Made by a program: the position numbers and the translations under genes. The notes beneath the pieces were generated by a model. That model made no database searches. It was given only the letters and a program-made list of their open reading frames with translations, and was not told the DNA's origin. Positions 8,694-17,850 of a stretch of DNA of 63,262 bases are shown here, piece after piece; position 1 is the stretch's first letter, and the number at the start of each line of letters is the position of its first letter. This stretch comes from a virus (Duplodnaviria; Caudoviricetes). The stretch is from positions 1 through 63,262 of the IMG/VR virus record IMGVR_UViG_3300031951_000146; one strand, given 5' to 3'.

Positions 8694-9129
8694 TGTGGTG
8701 TCTTATGGGCAACACCCTCATGCTTTCAGCTATTGTCGGATTGACAATAGGAACCCTACTCGGCATCTTTGGTATGTTGTACGCGATATACAGAGAGGTC
8801 ATGGACGAAGTGCGCTACCGCCAATACATGCGTCACCGCTGGCCTGTGAGTAAAGAGTGGATCAAGCCGAACAACCCCGAGTGGGAGAAGGATAGTGGCT
8901 GACTGGAAGAAGTGGTATCCGATTCTTGTTGAACACAAAGCCCCGGTCAAGGTCATCACCTACAAGGATGAAACCGGGGAAGGCCCTTGCTACCGCATCC
9001 TCCCCGAGGACCTAGACGAGTGGATCAAAACCCTCCCGAAAGACTGGCCCGAGACGTTCTCGTCTGTGATGGGGTCGGTCACTTGGGATGGGACGGGGTA
9101 CTATCTTACGGATGTAGCTGAGACTTTGT

Positions 9130-9906
9130 ATGCACTTGAACGGGGGTACCCATATCGTGGTGGAGTTTAAGACTAGCGAACAATGCCGAGTGGAGTTGGT
9201 GGCGCATACGATGTCTGTGGACAAGGAGGGGTTTCTGCAACTTGCAGATTATCTTCCCGTGAGTGCAGCACGAGCGTCCTTCGGACGGGAGGACAAGACC
9301 GGAGACGACCCCAAGGCTGACCTCAAGCTGATGAAGTATCTGGCTGACCACCAGCACCTCACTCCGTTCGAGTACAACCACGCTACGTTTCTTGTTGAGT
9401 GCCCGTTGTTCATTCGGTCACAGATACATCGACATAGAACCTTCGCTTTCAATGAAATTTCGAGACGCTACACCTCGGAAGAAATTGCCTTCTGGATTCC
9501 TGACAAGTGGCGAGCACAGAGCAAGAGTAACAAGCAGGCGAGTACGGATGACGAGGTGCGTAATGAGATTTGGGTAGACACTGACTTTGGCGATGGTGGG
9601 ACTCTTCTTAGGACAGAGCCTAACGACAGCTACTACGAGGGCGTGGATAGCGCCTTGTGGTACTACGAGCAGATGCTTGCATCCGGCTGTTGTCGCGAAC
9701 AGGCCCGAGCCGTTCTCCCACAGTCGCTGCTCACCCGTTTCTACATGGGAGGTTCTCTCCGTAATTGGGTCCACTTCCTCAAGCTCCGGCTGGATAGCCA
9801 CGCCCAACGGGAGGTCCAAATCGTAGCCCGTAAGATCGAGTCCCAACTCCGCGAGCTTTGGCCCGAGGCGATGGGTGTTCTACTTCCACATGAGGAAGCC
9901 AACTAA
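9130..9906 (+). CDS. thyX: FAD-dependent thymidylate synthase (true start may be a GTG near 9157-9160)
   Basis: HLTPFE, QIHRHRTFAFNEISRRY (RHRx7S), EQARAVLP, HAQREV. Confidence 0.95.
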   Translation: MHLNGGTHIVVEFKTSEQCRVELVAHTMSVDKEGFLQLADYLPVSAARASFGREDKTGDDPKADLKLMKYLADHQHLTPFEYNHATFLVECPLFIRSQIHRHRTFAFNEISRRYTSEEIAFWIPDKWRAQSKSNKQASTDDEVRNEIWVDTDFGDGGTLLRTEPNDSYYEGVDSALWYYEQMLASGCCREQARAVLPQSLLTRFYMGGSLRNWVHFLKLRLDSHAQREVQIVARKIESQLRELWPEAMGVLLPHEEAN

Positions 9907-9909
9907 CCT

Positions 9910-10104
9910 ATGGACATCCTAATCACTCTTTCAATCGTGTACTTCACGGGGTTCCTTCTTTCCATGCTGGTGCTTTCAGACGGGGACAAGACGAACTCGA
10001 ACGGGGGGTGGGCACTTGCCCTCTCCCTCCTTTGGCCTGTGTTCTGGGTAGCCGTTGTGGTGTCCAGTCTCAAGGGTCTTTTCTACCATCGGTTTGGGAA
10101 GTAA
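9910..10104 (+). CDS. Small two-TM membrane protein
   Basis: Two hydrophobic segments; LLWP motif. Confidence 0.65.
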   Translation: MDILITLSIVYFTGFLLSMLVLSDGDKTNSNGGWALALSLLWPVFWVAVVVSSLKGLFYHRFGK

Positions 10105-10226
10105 GGTTGAATGAGCACCATGATCGTAGATGGTAAGGGTGTGCTGTCAATTCCTATACAAAAAGTGGTAGCTATGTTGATTCGTAACGGTACGTTGGCT
10201 GCTTGGAAAAAGTCTAGAGGTGTGAA

Positions 10227-10886
10227 GTGAGCACCCTAATTGCTAACCTCCCACCCAAGAAGGTGTGGGTAGACAAGTCGTATCTTACAGCCGGAGAGGA
10301 AGACGGCTGGGTAGAGGGTTACTGGGTGTCGGTCAAGTCCGTCCCCGGTTCCTCGTTCCTCTTTGAAACGTACATCCCCCAGATGGGGGCTCTGTACGAT
10401 AAGCTGCCGATCAAAGCGTTCACAGCGGACAAGGTGCTTGAGACGGAGGAGCCGGATAACCTCATCCTTCAACCTTGGGATTGCTTTGGAATGGGCGTCA
10501 CGATCCTTGAGAAAAATCTTCTCGGGGGTTGTGAGGTTGAGGCTCGTATCCCTTGTCTCGATCTTGACGATGACTTGGAAGTTGAGCGTACCATAGAAGT
10601 ACGCCGAGGCACCTACCTCTTCACCATCGACAACTACGCCATCGGGAACCCGGACCTTTCCTTCGCTCACATCCTTCCCGAACACAAGAGCTTCAACGTG
10701 ATCGAACTTGAGACGGGTCAGTTTGCCCTTCTTCCCAACAACCTCGTGACGTTCAAGGTGTCCTCTCTCTACTGGAAAGACCCCGAGCCTATCAAGTTGA
10801 AGGCTTGTCCTCACGAGGGGTTCTATTCGGAAGGGGTGTGTTGGCCTTTGGGTAAGGCGACTAGGAGTGATTATTCAGATGGGTGA
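10227..10886 (+). CDS. Phage protein of unknown function
   Basis: LIANLPP...GALYDKLPI...EHKSFNVIEL..GQFALLPNN resembles a widespread phage family (from memory). Confidence 0.65.
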   Translation: MSTLIANLPPKKVWVDKSYLTAGEEDGWVEGYWVSVKSVPGSSFLFETYIPQMGALYDKLPIKAFTADKVLETEEPDNLILQPWDCFGMGVTILEKNLLGGCEVEARIPCLDLDDDLEVERTIEVRRGTYLFTIDNYAIGNPDLSFAHILPEHKSFNVIELETGQFALLPNNLVTFKVSSLYWKDPEPIKLKACPHEGFYSEGVCWPLGKATRSDYSDG

Positions 10887-11055
10887 CTCCGTATCTTACA
10901 GAATCAATGGCTCTGTCATCATAGATGAGGTAAAACTCATTCAAAGCCCAGAATTTCAAAGGCAGATGGCTGCGTCTGAAAGAATTGCTAGGCGGCTTGG
11001 GTTGCTGCTAGAGAAAGACACGGATATGCCGCAAAAAGCGACTAGGAGTGATTAT
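10857..11055. repeat. 18-bp direct repeat GCGACTAGGAGTGATTAT flanking a small ORF
   Basis: Exact copies at 10857-10874 and 11038-11055. Confidence 0.9.
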
Positions 11056-11237
11056 AGTGATGATACCTAAATGGGCTATGCCTTTGTGGAGAAAGTGGCT
11101 CTGTTCAAAAGGCATCCACTGGTTCCCACTAAACTCTCAAGACAACTCGATTGTCCACCACAGTTACCACACAAAGGCAGGGGCACAAGTGTACGAACGA
11201 CGGTGTAAGATGTGCGGAGCACGAGAGGAGATTGCCC

Positions 11238-12014
11238 GTGTCGGCTAAGATTCTGTTCCTTGACATCGAGACGCTCCCCCACCACGCCGCTGTCTGGGGT
11301 TTGTGGGGTCAAAATGTTGGCATCAAGCAGATCATCAAGCCCGGACGTACTACGTGTGCTGCTTGGAAGTGGGGCGATAACAAGAAGGTGGATTTTGCAG
11401 CGGAGTGGCACCCTGTTCCTGAGCGGGAGAACTGGTTCTCTTACGCAGACTTCCTAAAGAAGCTGCACGCTGTCCTCGATCAGGCCGACATCGTAGTCAC
11501 CTACAACGGAAAGCGCTTCGATATCCCCACTCTCTACAAGGAGTTTGTCCAACACGGGCTTAACCCTCCAGCCCCGTTCCACCACATCGACTTGTACCAG
11601 ACGGTGAAGCGTCAGTTCCGGTGGGCAAGCAACAAGCTTGACTTCGTTTGCCAACAGCTTGGGTTGGGGTCCAAGGTCCACCATAAGGGCCAAGAGTTGT
11701 GGACCGATGTAGAGGCGGGCTGTCCCAAGGCACAGCGCATCATGGAGAAGTACAACAGGGGCGATGTCATCCTGCTTGAGAAGCTCTACAAGAAGCTCTT
11801 GCCTTGGATCAAGGGGCACCCTACTGTGTCCCTCTTGGAAGGCCACAGCGGCTCCCACAAGTGCCCCTCCTGCGGAGGCCACCACCTCCAGCACCGAGGC
11901 TACCGCACCACCAAGACTCGTCGGTACAAGCGTTACCAGTGTCAAGATTGTGGTAGCTGGTCTAGCGAGACTATCTCGGATAAGGAAGTCGTAGCCGGTG
12001 TGGTATGTACCTAG
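11238..12014 (+). CDS. RNase H-fold (DEDD) 3'-5' exonuclease with C-terminal Zn ribbon
   Basis: FLDIET, TYNGKRFD, HIDL, YNRGD; CPSC...CQDC. GTG start after GAGGAG. Confidence 0.85.
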   Translation: MSAKILFLDIETLPHHAAVWGLWGQNVGIKQIIKPGRTTCAAWKWGDNKKVDFAAEWHPVPERENWFSYADFLKKLHAVLDQADIVVTYNGKRFDIPTLYKEFVQHGLNPPAPFHHIDLYQTVKRQFRWASNKLDFVCQQLGLGSKVHHKGQELWTDVEAGCPKAQRIMEKYNRGDVILLEKLYKKLLPWIKGHPTVSLLEGHSGSHKCPSCGGHHLQHRGYRTTKTRRYKRYQCQDCGSWSSETISDKEVVAGVVCT

Positions 12015-12185
12015 CCTTGATCGGCCGAGTCGTAGAGGACGACGACTTCACAGACTTCATCGTGGGTATGTATCACGGAGGACCTGAGTGTCACACAGTT
12101 ATTGACACTCTTGCATCGTGCGGTTACTCTTTAATCCGGGTAAGCTACCAAACCCCCGATAACGATAAGGAGATCACCGACGACT

Positions 12186-12458
12186 ATGAGTAACGAATAC
12201 TACGAGGATGAGTTTGTGGATACCGTTGACACCTACAGCCTCTATCAAAGCATGAACCAACTAGACCTAGCCGAGGACATCCTCCTCCGGATCAACGTCA
12301 ACGAGAACGATCTCGGAGAGATTGAGGAGGCTCTCGGGGAGGCAGTTCGTCTTCTCCGAGAAGCTCGTATGTTGATCGAGGTTGTGACGGGGGATGCCGA
12401 GACGGAGGACGAGTACTGGGCTGAGCCGGATAAGGATGACCACAGCGATGACACCTGA
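12186..12458 (+). CDS. Highly acidic hypothetical protein
   Basis: AAGGAG RBS; D/E-rich. Confidence 0.6.
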   Translation: MSNEYYEDEFVDTVDTYSLYQSMNQLDLAEDILLRINVNENDLGEIEEALGEAVRLLREARMLIEVVTGDAETEDEYWAEPDKDDHSDDT

Positions 12459-12839
12459 CGAGAACTTTCACAAGAGCATCTTCCGAAATGTCCACGGCCG
12501 ATGGCCGAAGGGCAGGGAGTTTGATGAGTGGTTCAAGAGGCTCGGTGAGTATTGGACAGTAGAAAGTTTCCCTCTGAATAGTTTACTTGATAGTCGACTC
12601 TTGCTTGAGGCAGCGGGACTGGATCAGTACGCAAGGGAAGTCTACTGGACTTCGACAGCTTTGTTGATGAAGAAATACGACGAGGGGAATCGGGATGAAT
12701 AACACCGAAGCAAATAACCTCAAACAATATACCCTCCCTGAAATCCTAGCAACGGCTCTCTATGCTAGTCGTATCAAAGATAGAGGTGCAGCTTTGGACT
12801 TCTCACTGAGTACACTACAGAAGCTGAAGGAGGCTCGGG

Positions 12840-13184
12840 ATGAGTGACGACACCACCGACGACACCAACCTCCCCGGGGAGGACGAGGAACTCTCCGGGG
12901 GTATCCACATCGACATGGGTGACACCCCTCCGGTGTACGTCCTAGAGGGCCAGAACTACTCGGTCTTGTTTGCCAACCCTAGTCACGTTGCCCACCCGTT
13001 CCATTGGATCAAGGATTGTGTGGGTTGCACTGTGTTCTCCAAGCAGGGCAGTCAAGCCAAGGATGAGGTGCGCTACATCGTCCGAGTAGGGGATGGTTTT
13101 GAGGAGCGAGAACTCTCCGAGGTGTACCACCACGAGAGTACGAAGGTGTACGAACCCACGGTTCGGTTGAAGAGGGTGCATTGA
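12840..13184 (+). CDS. Hypothetical protein
   Basis: GGAGG RBS; ATG start. Confidence 0.6.
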   Translation: MSDDTTDDTNLPGEDEELSGGIHIDMGDTPPVYVLEGQNYSVLFANPSHVAHPFHWIKDCVGCTVFSKQGSQAKDEVRYIVRVGDGFEERELSEVYHHESTKVYEPTVRLKRVH

Positions 13185-13191
13185 GAGAGCT

Positions 13192-13701
13192 ATGAAAACC
13201 ATCGAAGACGCTAAGCAGTTTGCCATAGCAGCCCACGGAGACCAAAAGCGAAAGTACACGGGTGAACCGTACTGGCACCATCTAGAGGAGGTTGCTTACT
13301 TGGTGTCTCTCCTAGAGCCCGCTCCCTTAGGACACGTCATCCAAGCGGCTTGGCTTCACGATGTCCTTGAGGATACCTCGGTTGAGTTTCTCGAGCTGCG
13401 GGAGGAGTTCGGAGATGAGGTTGCGGAGATCGTGCTCTGGTTGACGGACGCCTACACCTCGAAGGAGTACGGAAATCGAAAGGAAAGGAAGCGCCTTGAG
13501 CGGCTACGGTTTGAAAGGGCTCCCTACTACGCCAAGGTCATCAAGCTAGCCGACCTCATCTCCAACACCAGCTCTATCGTGGAACGTGATCCGGAGTTTG
13601 CTAAGGTATACTTAGAAGAGAAGCGTCTCTTGTTAGAGGAAGCAATGAGTGACATGAGGGATCATCTGCTGTACGAAGAAGCTCTTGGGTTGGTGAGTTG
13701 A
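13192..13701 (+). CDS. HD-domain RelA/SpoT-type small alarmone hydrolase (Mesh1-like)
   Basis: AHGDQKRK..GEPYWHH, LHDVLED, IKLADLISN. No synthetase domain. Confidence 0.85.
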   Translation: MKTIEDAKQFAIAAHGDQKRKYTGEPYWHHLEEVAYLVSLLEPAPLGHVIQAAWLHDVLEDTSVEFLELREEFGDEVAEIVLWLTDAYTSKEYGNRKERKRLERLRFERAPYYAKVIKLADLISNTSSIVERDPEFAKVYLEEKRLLLEEAMSDMRDHLLYEEALGLVS

Positions 13702-13719
13702 GAGAGGGTACATTGAGAG

Positions 13720-13953
13720 ATGGCTACTAAGTGTGAAGCCTGCGAGAGGCATGCTTTCGTCTATGCCCGGTGGGGCACTCAGGGCCAAAAGGCAATCCTT
13801 TGTGAGAGGCACGCATCGGAGTTGCACGAGCGTATTAGCGGGGCGGTGGCCTCGCTCCGTATTCCTTCACCGACCTACGTGCCTGCCGATGTGTACCTGA
13901 GAAGCAAGGCTGCTGTTCGGGATGACCGCGCAGCGATGAGAGACATAGCCTAA
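13720..13953 (+). CDS. Small Zn-finger-like protein
   Basis: CEAC...CERH. Confidence 0.55.
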   Translation: MATKCEACERHAFVYARWGTQGQKAILCERHASELHERISGAVASLRIPSPTYVPADVYLRSKAAVRDDRAAMRDIA

Positions 13954-13959
13954 AACAAG

Positions 13960-14012
13960 AAAGGGGCGAAGCCGGAAGGAGTTAATTCTCCAACTAGCTT
14001 CGCCCCTTTTTT
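13960..14012. terminator. Bidirectional terminator between the converging genome arms
   Basis: AAAGGGGCGAAGC...GCTTCGCCCCTTTTTT. Confidence 0.85.
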
Positions 14013-14284
14013 CATTTCCGACTCTTGGGTTTGTCCGCCTCGACACAAGCTCTCAACACTTCGTGTTTCATCTTGCACTGGTTATACTCCAAAGCCCAGT
14101 TCAACATGGCTTGGCCTACCGGCAACGTCTCATCGAACGTGAGGCTATCACACGGTTGGAGTACGATCTCCGGAACGTAGTCGCAGTTCCTACTCGGAGG
14201 CGGTACGACTTGCTGCTTCCTGTAACAGCCTACGCTGCTCAGGAGATATACAGTTAACAGGATCACTTTGATGGACTGGGGCAC
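14012..14284 (-). CDS. o-spanin (Rz1-like lipoprotein)
   Basis: Signal peptide with LSSVG-C lipobox; Pro/Cys content; overlaps the Rz-like gene. Confidence 0.7.
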   Translation of the reverse strand: MPQSIKVILLTVYLLSSVGCYRKQQVVPPPSRNCDYVPEIVLQPCDSLTFDETLPVGQAMLNWALEYNQCKMKHEVLRACVEADKPKSRK

Positions 14285-14537
14285 GTTCGTATTCCCTCCG
14301 TAGGTTGTCCCCCTCTACAACGCTCTGTGCGATCTTCTGAGCGTCTTGGGCTGCTTGCTGGGACGCCCGTAGGGCCAGAGCCTTCTCGGCCTCTAGGAGC
14401 TTTCCCAAGGCCCTCTCCGTTGATTTGGCTTGAGACTCGTATCCCTTGTGGTATCCCCACGAGTACACGAGTCCAACCACAAGGAGAGCCCCAAGCCCCA
14501 TCACGAGGTACTTGTTGGGTAAGGTGGGGAGGATCAC
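14190..14537 (-). CDS. i-spanin (Rz-like)
   Basis: N-terminal TM, coiled coil, C-terminal Cys. Confidence 0.7.
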   Translation of the reverse strand: MILPTLPNKYLVMGLGALLVVGLVYSWGYHKGYESQAKSTERALGKLLEAEKALALRASQQAAQDAQKIAQSVVEGDNLRREYERAPVHQSDPVNCISPEQRRLLQEAASRTASE

Positions 14538-14815
14538 TCAGGTGGTCCCCACTTCTTGTAACCATCAATCGCCGCGATAGTCGCCCTCAAGTCTCCCTTT
14601 AACTCTTGCATAGCTTCCTTCAAAGGGGCGAGACTCTCACGGACCACCTCCTTGAGATCAGCCTTCGAGGCGTACTCGGCGATCAACTTCTTCTCTAGCT
14701 CGTGCATACTTTCCTTGACCTCCTCGATCTGGCCTTTCAAATACCAAAGCCAGAAGCACAGTCCGCCTAGCGCGAATAAGATGATTCCCTCTACTAGTGT
14801 GGGTGACAAATCCAT
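14534..14815 (-). CDS. Putative holin or lysis membrane protein
   Basis: N-terminal TM plus coiled coil, directly upstream of the spanins. Confidence 0.5.
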   Translation of the reverse strand: MDLSPTLVEGIILFALGGLCFWLWYLKGQIEEVKESMHELEKKLIAEYASKADLKEVVRESLAPLKEAMQELKGDLRATIAAIDGYKKWGPPE

Positions 14816-14871
14816 TTGTGTTCTTTCACTCCCCTGTGAAATGTGTAATACTTGCCAAGTACCTCTACATC

Positions 14872-15141
14872 TTACTCGAACGAGAAGGTCAAGGTGCTCG
14901 TGCCCGCCTCGAAGTCATCCACCCGAGAGATAAGAGCCGTCGGAAAGACAGGTTCGGGAAGGGGCAGAAGGGTCATGCGGAGGTCAGCGATAGGTGCTCC
15001 GGGGAGCGGGGGGATGTAGCCGAGAGGAATGACAACCGTCACACCCTCATCTTCAGTGGTGCCGATGGCCGGATGGGTGACATTCACCACACCCTCTTCA
15101 TCCCGAACTTCAAGCAACAGGTCAACGGTTTTGGTAGCCAT
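14872..15141 (-). CDS. Hypothetical virion-module protein
   Basis: AAGGAG RBS. Confidence 0.6.
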   Translation of the reverse strand: MATKTVDLLLEVRDEEGVVNVTHPAIGTTEDEGVTVVIPLGYIPPLPGAPIADLRMTLLPLPEPVFPTALISRVDDFEAGTSTLTFSFE

Positions 15142-15158
15142 GTGTGTACGTCTCCTTA

Positions 15159-16151
15159 TTAAGCCCAGTGAAAGGTGCCAACAATATCGTTGGCGGTAAC
15201 AGCCGTGGTGTCTGCCGCAGCAGCGCCCGTAACGGTGGTGTAAGCAATACCCGTAGCAAACCCGATACCGCCCGGCACAGACAACGTGACAGTGCCTCCG
15301 TTCGGGGGAATGCCGTAGGTCTGGACAACACCCGAGCCAGCGGTCGGGGTGGTGGTCTGGTTGTGGAACTTGACGTATCGAACAGCGGTGGCGTTGTTGG
15401 TCAGTTGGAACCCAAGGAGACGACCGGGAGATGCTTTGAGGACTGCGGCGTTAGTGGAACCTGCCGCTACGAAGTTGGTGGCCGAGGCGGCGCCCGTGGC
15501 GTTACCTCGATACTGGATACCTACATCGCCGATAGCAGAAGTGCCAGCCGGAAGGGCAACCATCGTGCCTTGGTTAGCTGTCACCGTACCCGACACAGTC
15601 TGGGTGGCGGCGCCTGTGGGGATCATATGGGCCACACCGGCAGCTTGCATAGCCCGGACGGTGACGTTGATGGTTCCCGAGGTGAAGGCTGTAGCGATTG
15701 CTCGGACGTGGGAGAAGCCGGAAGCCTGACCCATCCAAGCACCCGCTGCTGTAGCCGTGGTCACAGTGGCTACGTTGACACTGCCACCGGCCGGGATCAC
15801 AGCCAAGGTGAAGAAGTCCGTTCCGTTAATACTTCCTTGGAAAGTTACCGTGGCAGTGAACGTACCACGCAAATCAACAGCAAACCCCGTAGCTCCGTTC
15901 AACGGGAGAGACACGGTGCCGTTCAGAGCGGTAATCGAACCCGTTGCCACAACACCGGATTGATTAACCGAAAGGGTTGACTGGTCCGAGGCGATGACCA
16001 CGGGGCTGGAGTTAGCCGAGGTGGCTTGTCCCAAGGTGGGACCGCTACCCCCACCCGCCGCGTAGGCCAGACCCGTTGCCGGATCAATCAGTACGATTGG
16101 AGTGGGCCGGTTGCCTCGTGCCGGGGCGGGGAATTCTTGAGTGTACGACAT
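15159..16151 (-). CDS. Ala/Thr/Gly-rich beta-structured virion (tail appendage) protein
   Basis: Composition; AAGGAG RBS before MSYTQ. Confidence 0.6.
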   Translation of the reverse strand: MSYTQEFPAPARGNRPTPIVLIDPATGLAYAAGGGSGPTLGQATSANSSPVVIASDQSTLSVNQSGVVATGSITALNGTVSLPLNGATGFAVDLRGTFTATVTFQGSINGTDFFTLAVIPAGGSVNVATVTTATAAGAWMGQASGFSHVRAIATAFTSGTINVTVRAMQAAGVAHMIPTGAATQTVSGTVTANQGTMVALPAGTSAIGDVGIQYRGNATGAASATNFVAAGSTNAAVLKASPGRLLGFQLTNNATAVRYVKFHNQTTTPTAGSGVVQTYGIPPNGGTVTLSVPGGIGFATGIAYTTVTGAAAADTTAVTANDIVGTFHWA

Positions 16152-16195
16152 GTGCGAATGTTCTCCTTGTCTTATTTGTTTGTGTGTGTGCGGTC

Positions 16196-16894
16196 TTACC
16201 GGACTCGGGTTGCCCACCCGTGGGCTGCGATTCTTTGGCCGATACTTGATCCTCCGCCCCCACCACCCCCGACTCCGCCTCCTCCGCTGGAGCCTCCCCC
16301 GCCTCCGCCTGAGCCCCCACCGCTCGCCCCTTGAGGGGCACGCATCATACCTTGTCCAGTGCCGTAGAGAGGGGCTGGCTGGGCTCTCATCATGCCTTGG
16401 CCTGTTCCATACAGAGGCTGGGGTGCCATAGAGGGTATGAATGAAGGGAGTCCAAATGACCCCATCATTCCTTGTCCCGCTCCGAATACAGGAGCTGTGG
16501 GTGTGTACGGGTTGAAGGAGCCTATCTGAGGCAGAGGGGCTGGCCCCATCTGAGAGGGCTCCCCTTCCTCTCCGCCCCCAAACAAACTACGAGCCCAGCT
16601 CCGGAGTCTTTGACCCATGCTGTACTGCTCGTAGCCGGGATCATCCTTCATAAGCTGCCGCATGTAGGCGTTGGTGTCTTGTTGGTTACGGGCAAGAGTC
16701 GCTCCGGAAAGACGATCTGCAAAATTACGAACATTGTTCCCGGTCATTCTATCCGCAGCACCAACACCCGGAGGAAGAAGACCCATCATCGCTCCCGAGG
16801 CCATAAGTCGGGGGTTGAACGCTGTTCGATACCAAGCGTAAGGAGAGCCTCTGCGGTCCCCTTCCATGTTAGATGGGATAGGTGCTTGGCTCAT
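16196..16894 (-). CDS. Gly/Pro/Met-rich low-complexity protein with PLYGTGQGMMRA repeats
   Basis: Internal duplication and poly-Gly tail. Confidence 0.65.
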   Translation of the reverse strand: MSQAPIPSNMEGDRRGSPYAWYRTAFNPRLMASGAMMGLLPPGVGAADRMTGNNVRNFADRLSGATLARNQQDTNAYMRQLMKDDPGYEQYSMGQRLRSWARSLFGGGEEGEPSQMGPAPLPQIGSFNPYTPTAPVFGAGQGMMGSFGLPSFIPSMAPQPLYGTGQGMMRAQPAPLYGTGQGMMRAPQGASGGGSGGGGGGSSGGGGVGGGGGGGSSIGQRIAAHGWATRVR

Positions 16895-16897
16895 AAC

Positions 16898-17824
16898 TTA
16901 TCCCCATCCGCCCATCATCTGGTACAGGGCGTTCATGTTGTAGGAGCGATTCTCGGGACGATCATAGGCCGGGATATCTTCAACCATCGGACCAGCGCGG
17001 TTATCCCGAGGAGCGCGAGGTCCGGGGAGAGGGGCGAAGCCTGTCTGAAGGGGACGACCGTCTTTGCCGGGGGGCATGCCGCTGTCCCCTTGAGCTTGGA
17101 AAATATTACCGGGTCCGATAATCGGGGCGTTGCGAGGGTCGGGTGTAGTGCTCCACGTTCCAATGTCTACCCGAGGACCACCACTACCCATCCCACCCCA
17201 GCCTGATTGACCGGACGCAGGCTCGTTAGTGACAACATTCCCTGCGTTCTGACGCCTTTGGTTCCACTCCTCTTCTGACAGGGTGTATTGTCCGGGCTGA
17301 CGTTGCCTCAAGTAATTTGCATATTCTTCCGACCCATACGGGCTTGTTGCCGGGAAGAAACCAGAAGCATCCGTCCTACCCAACATCGTCGCAGCAAACG
17401 GATCGTTGTACCCAAACGTATTCCCCGAGAGCATGTTCGGGTTCATGTACTGCCCGAACTGACCCGGCATCGGGGCGAACTGACCACCGCCCTGCGGGCT
17501 GCCGTAGGAACCCGGAAGGTTGTAGTCGTACCCACCAAAGTTATTCCACTGGTTTGAATTGTATCCGAACCGACCACCATCGCCCATCGTCGGAGGTACG
17601 TACCGACCGAGGTTGGTCTGTTGCATGTACGACGGGGCAAAGCCTTGACCCCGGAAGTTGGTGTTGTACGCACCCCGAGGGTTGCCGTTGAACTGGCCTT
17701 GATTGGGGACTCGCTGCTGGATGTTCTGTTGGAGAGCACCGCTCCCGCCTTGCATACCCCCGGAGGGAAGGGGGGCCGAAGCCCCCGATCCCATACCGGG
17801 CTTGTTGAATTGACTACCGATCAT
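16898..17824 (-). CDS. G/Q/N/P/Y-rich low-complexity protein
   Basis: GGAGG RBS; composition. Confidence 0.7.
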   Translation of the reverse strand: MIGSQFNKPGMGSGASAPLPSGGMQGGSGALQQNIQQRVPNQGQFNGNPRGAYNTNFRGQGFAPSYMQQTNLGRYVPPTMGDGGRFGYNSNQWNNFGGYDYNLPGSYGSPQGGGQFAPMPGQFGQYMNPNMLSGNTFGYNDPFAATMLGRTDASGFFPATSPYGSEEYANYLRQRQPGQYTLSEEEWNQRRQNAGNVVTNEPASGQSGWGGMGSGGPRVDIGTWSTTPDPRNAPIIGPGNIFQAQGDSGMPPGKDGRPLQTGFAPLPGPRAPRDNRAGPMVEDIPAYDRPENRSYNMNALYQMMGGWG

Positions 17825-17850
17825 CGGTTATCTAAGCCTCCTAGTTGGTG

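Noticed and set aside
6242-13701. DNA base-modification pathway (dUTPase, ThyX, DUF3310, HD protein)
   Set aside because: No PurZ, queuosine-pathway, hydroxymethylase or glycosyltransferase genes recognised; the HD protein is RelA/SpoT-type.
14574-14584. Third copy of GCGATAGTCGC from the early leader
   Set aside because: Inside a coding region and lacking the flanking stem; probably chance.
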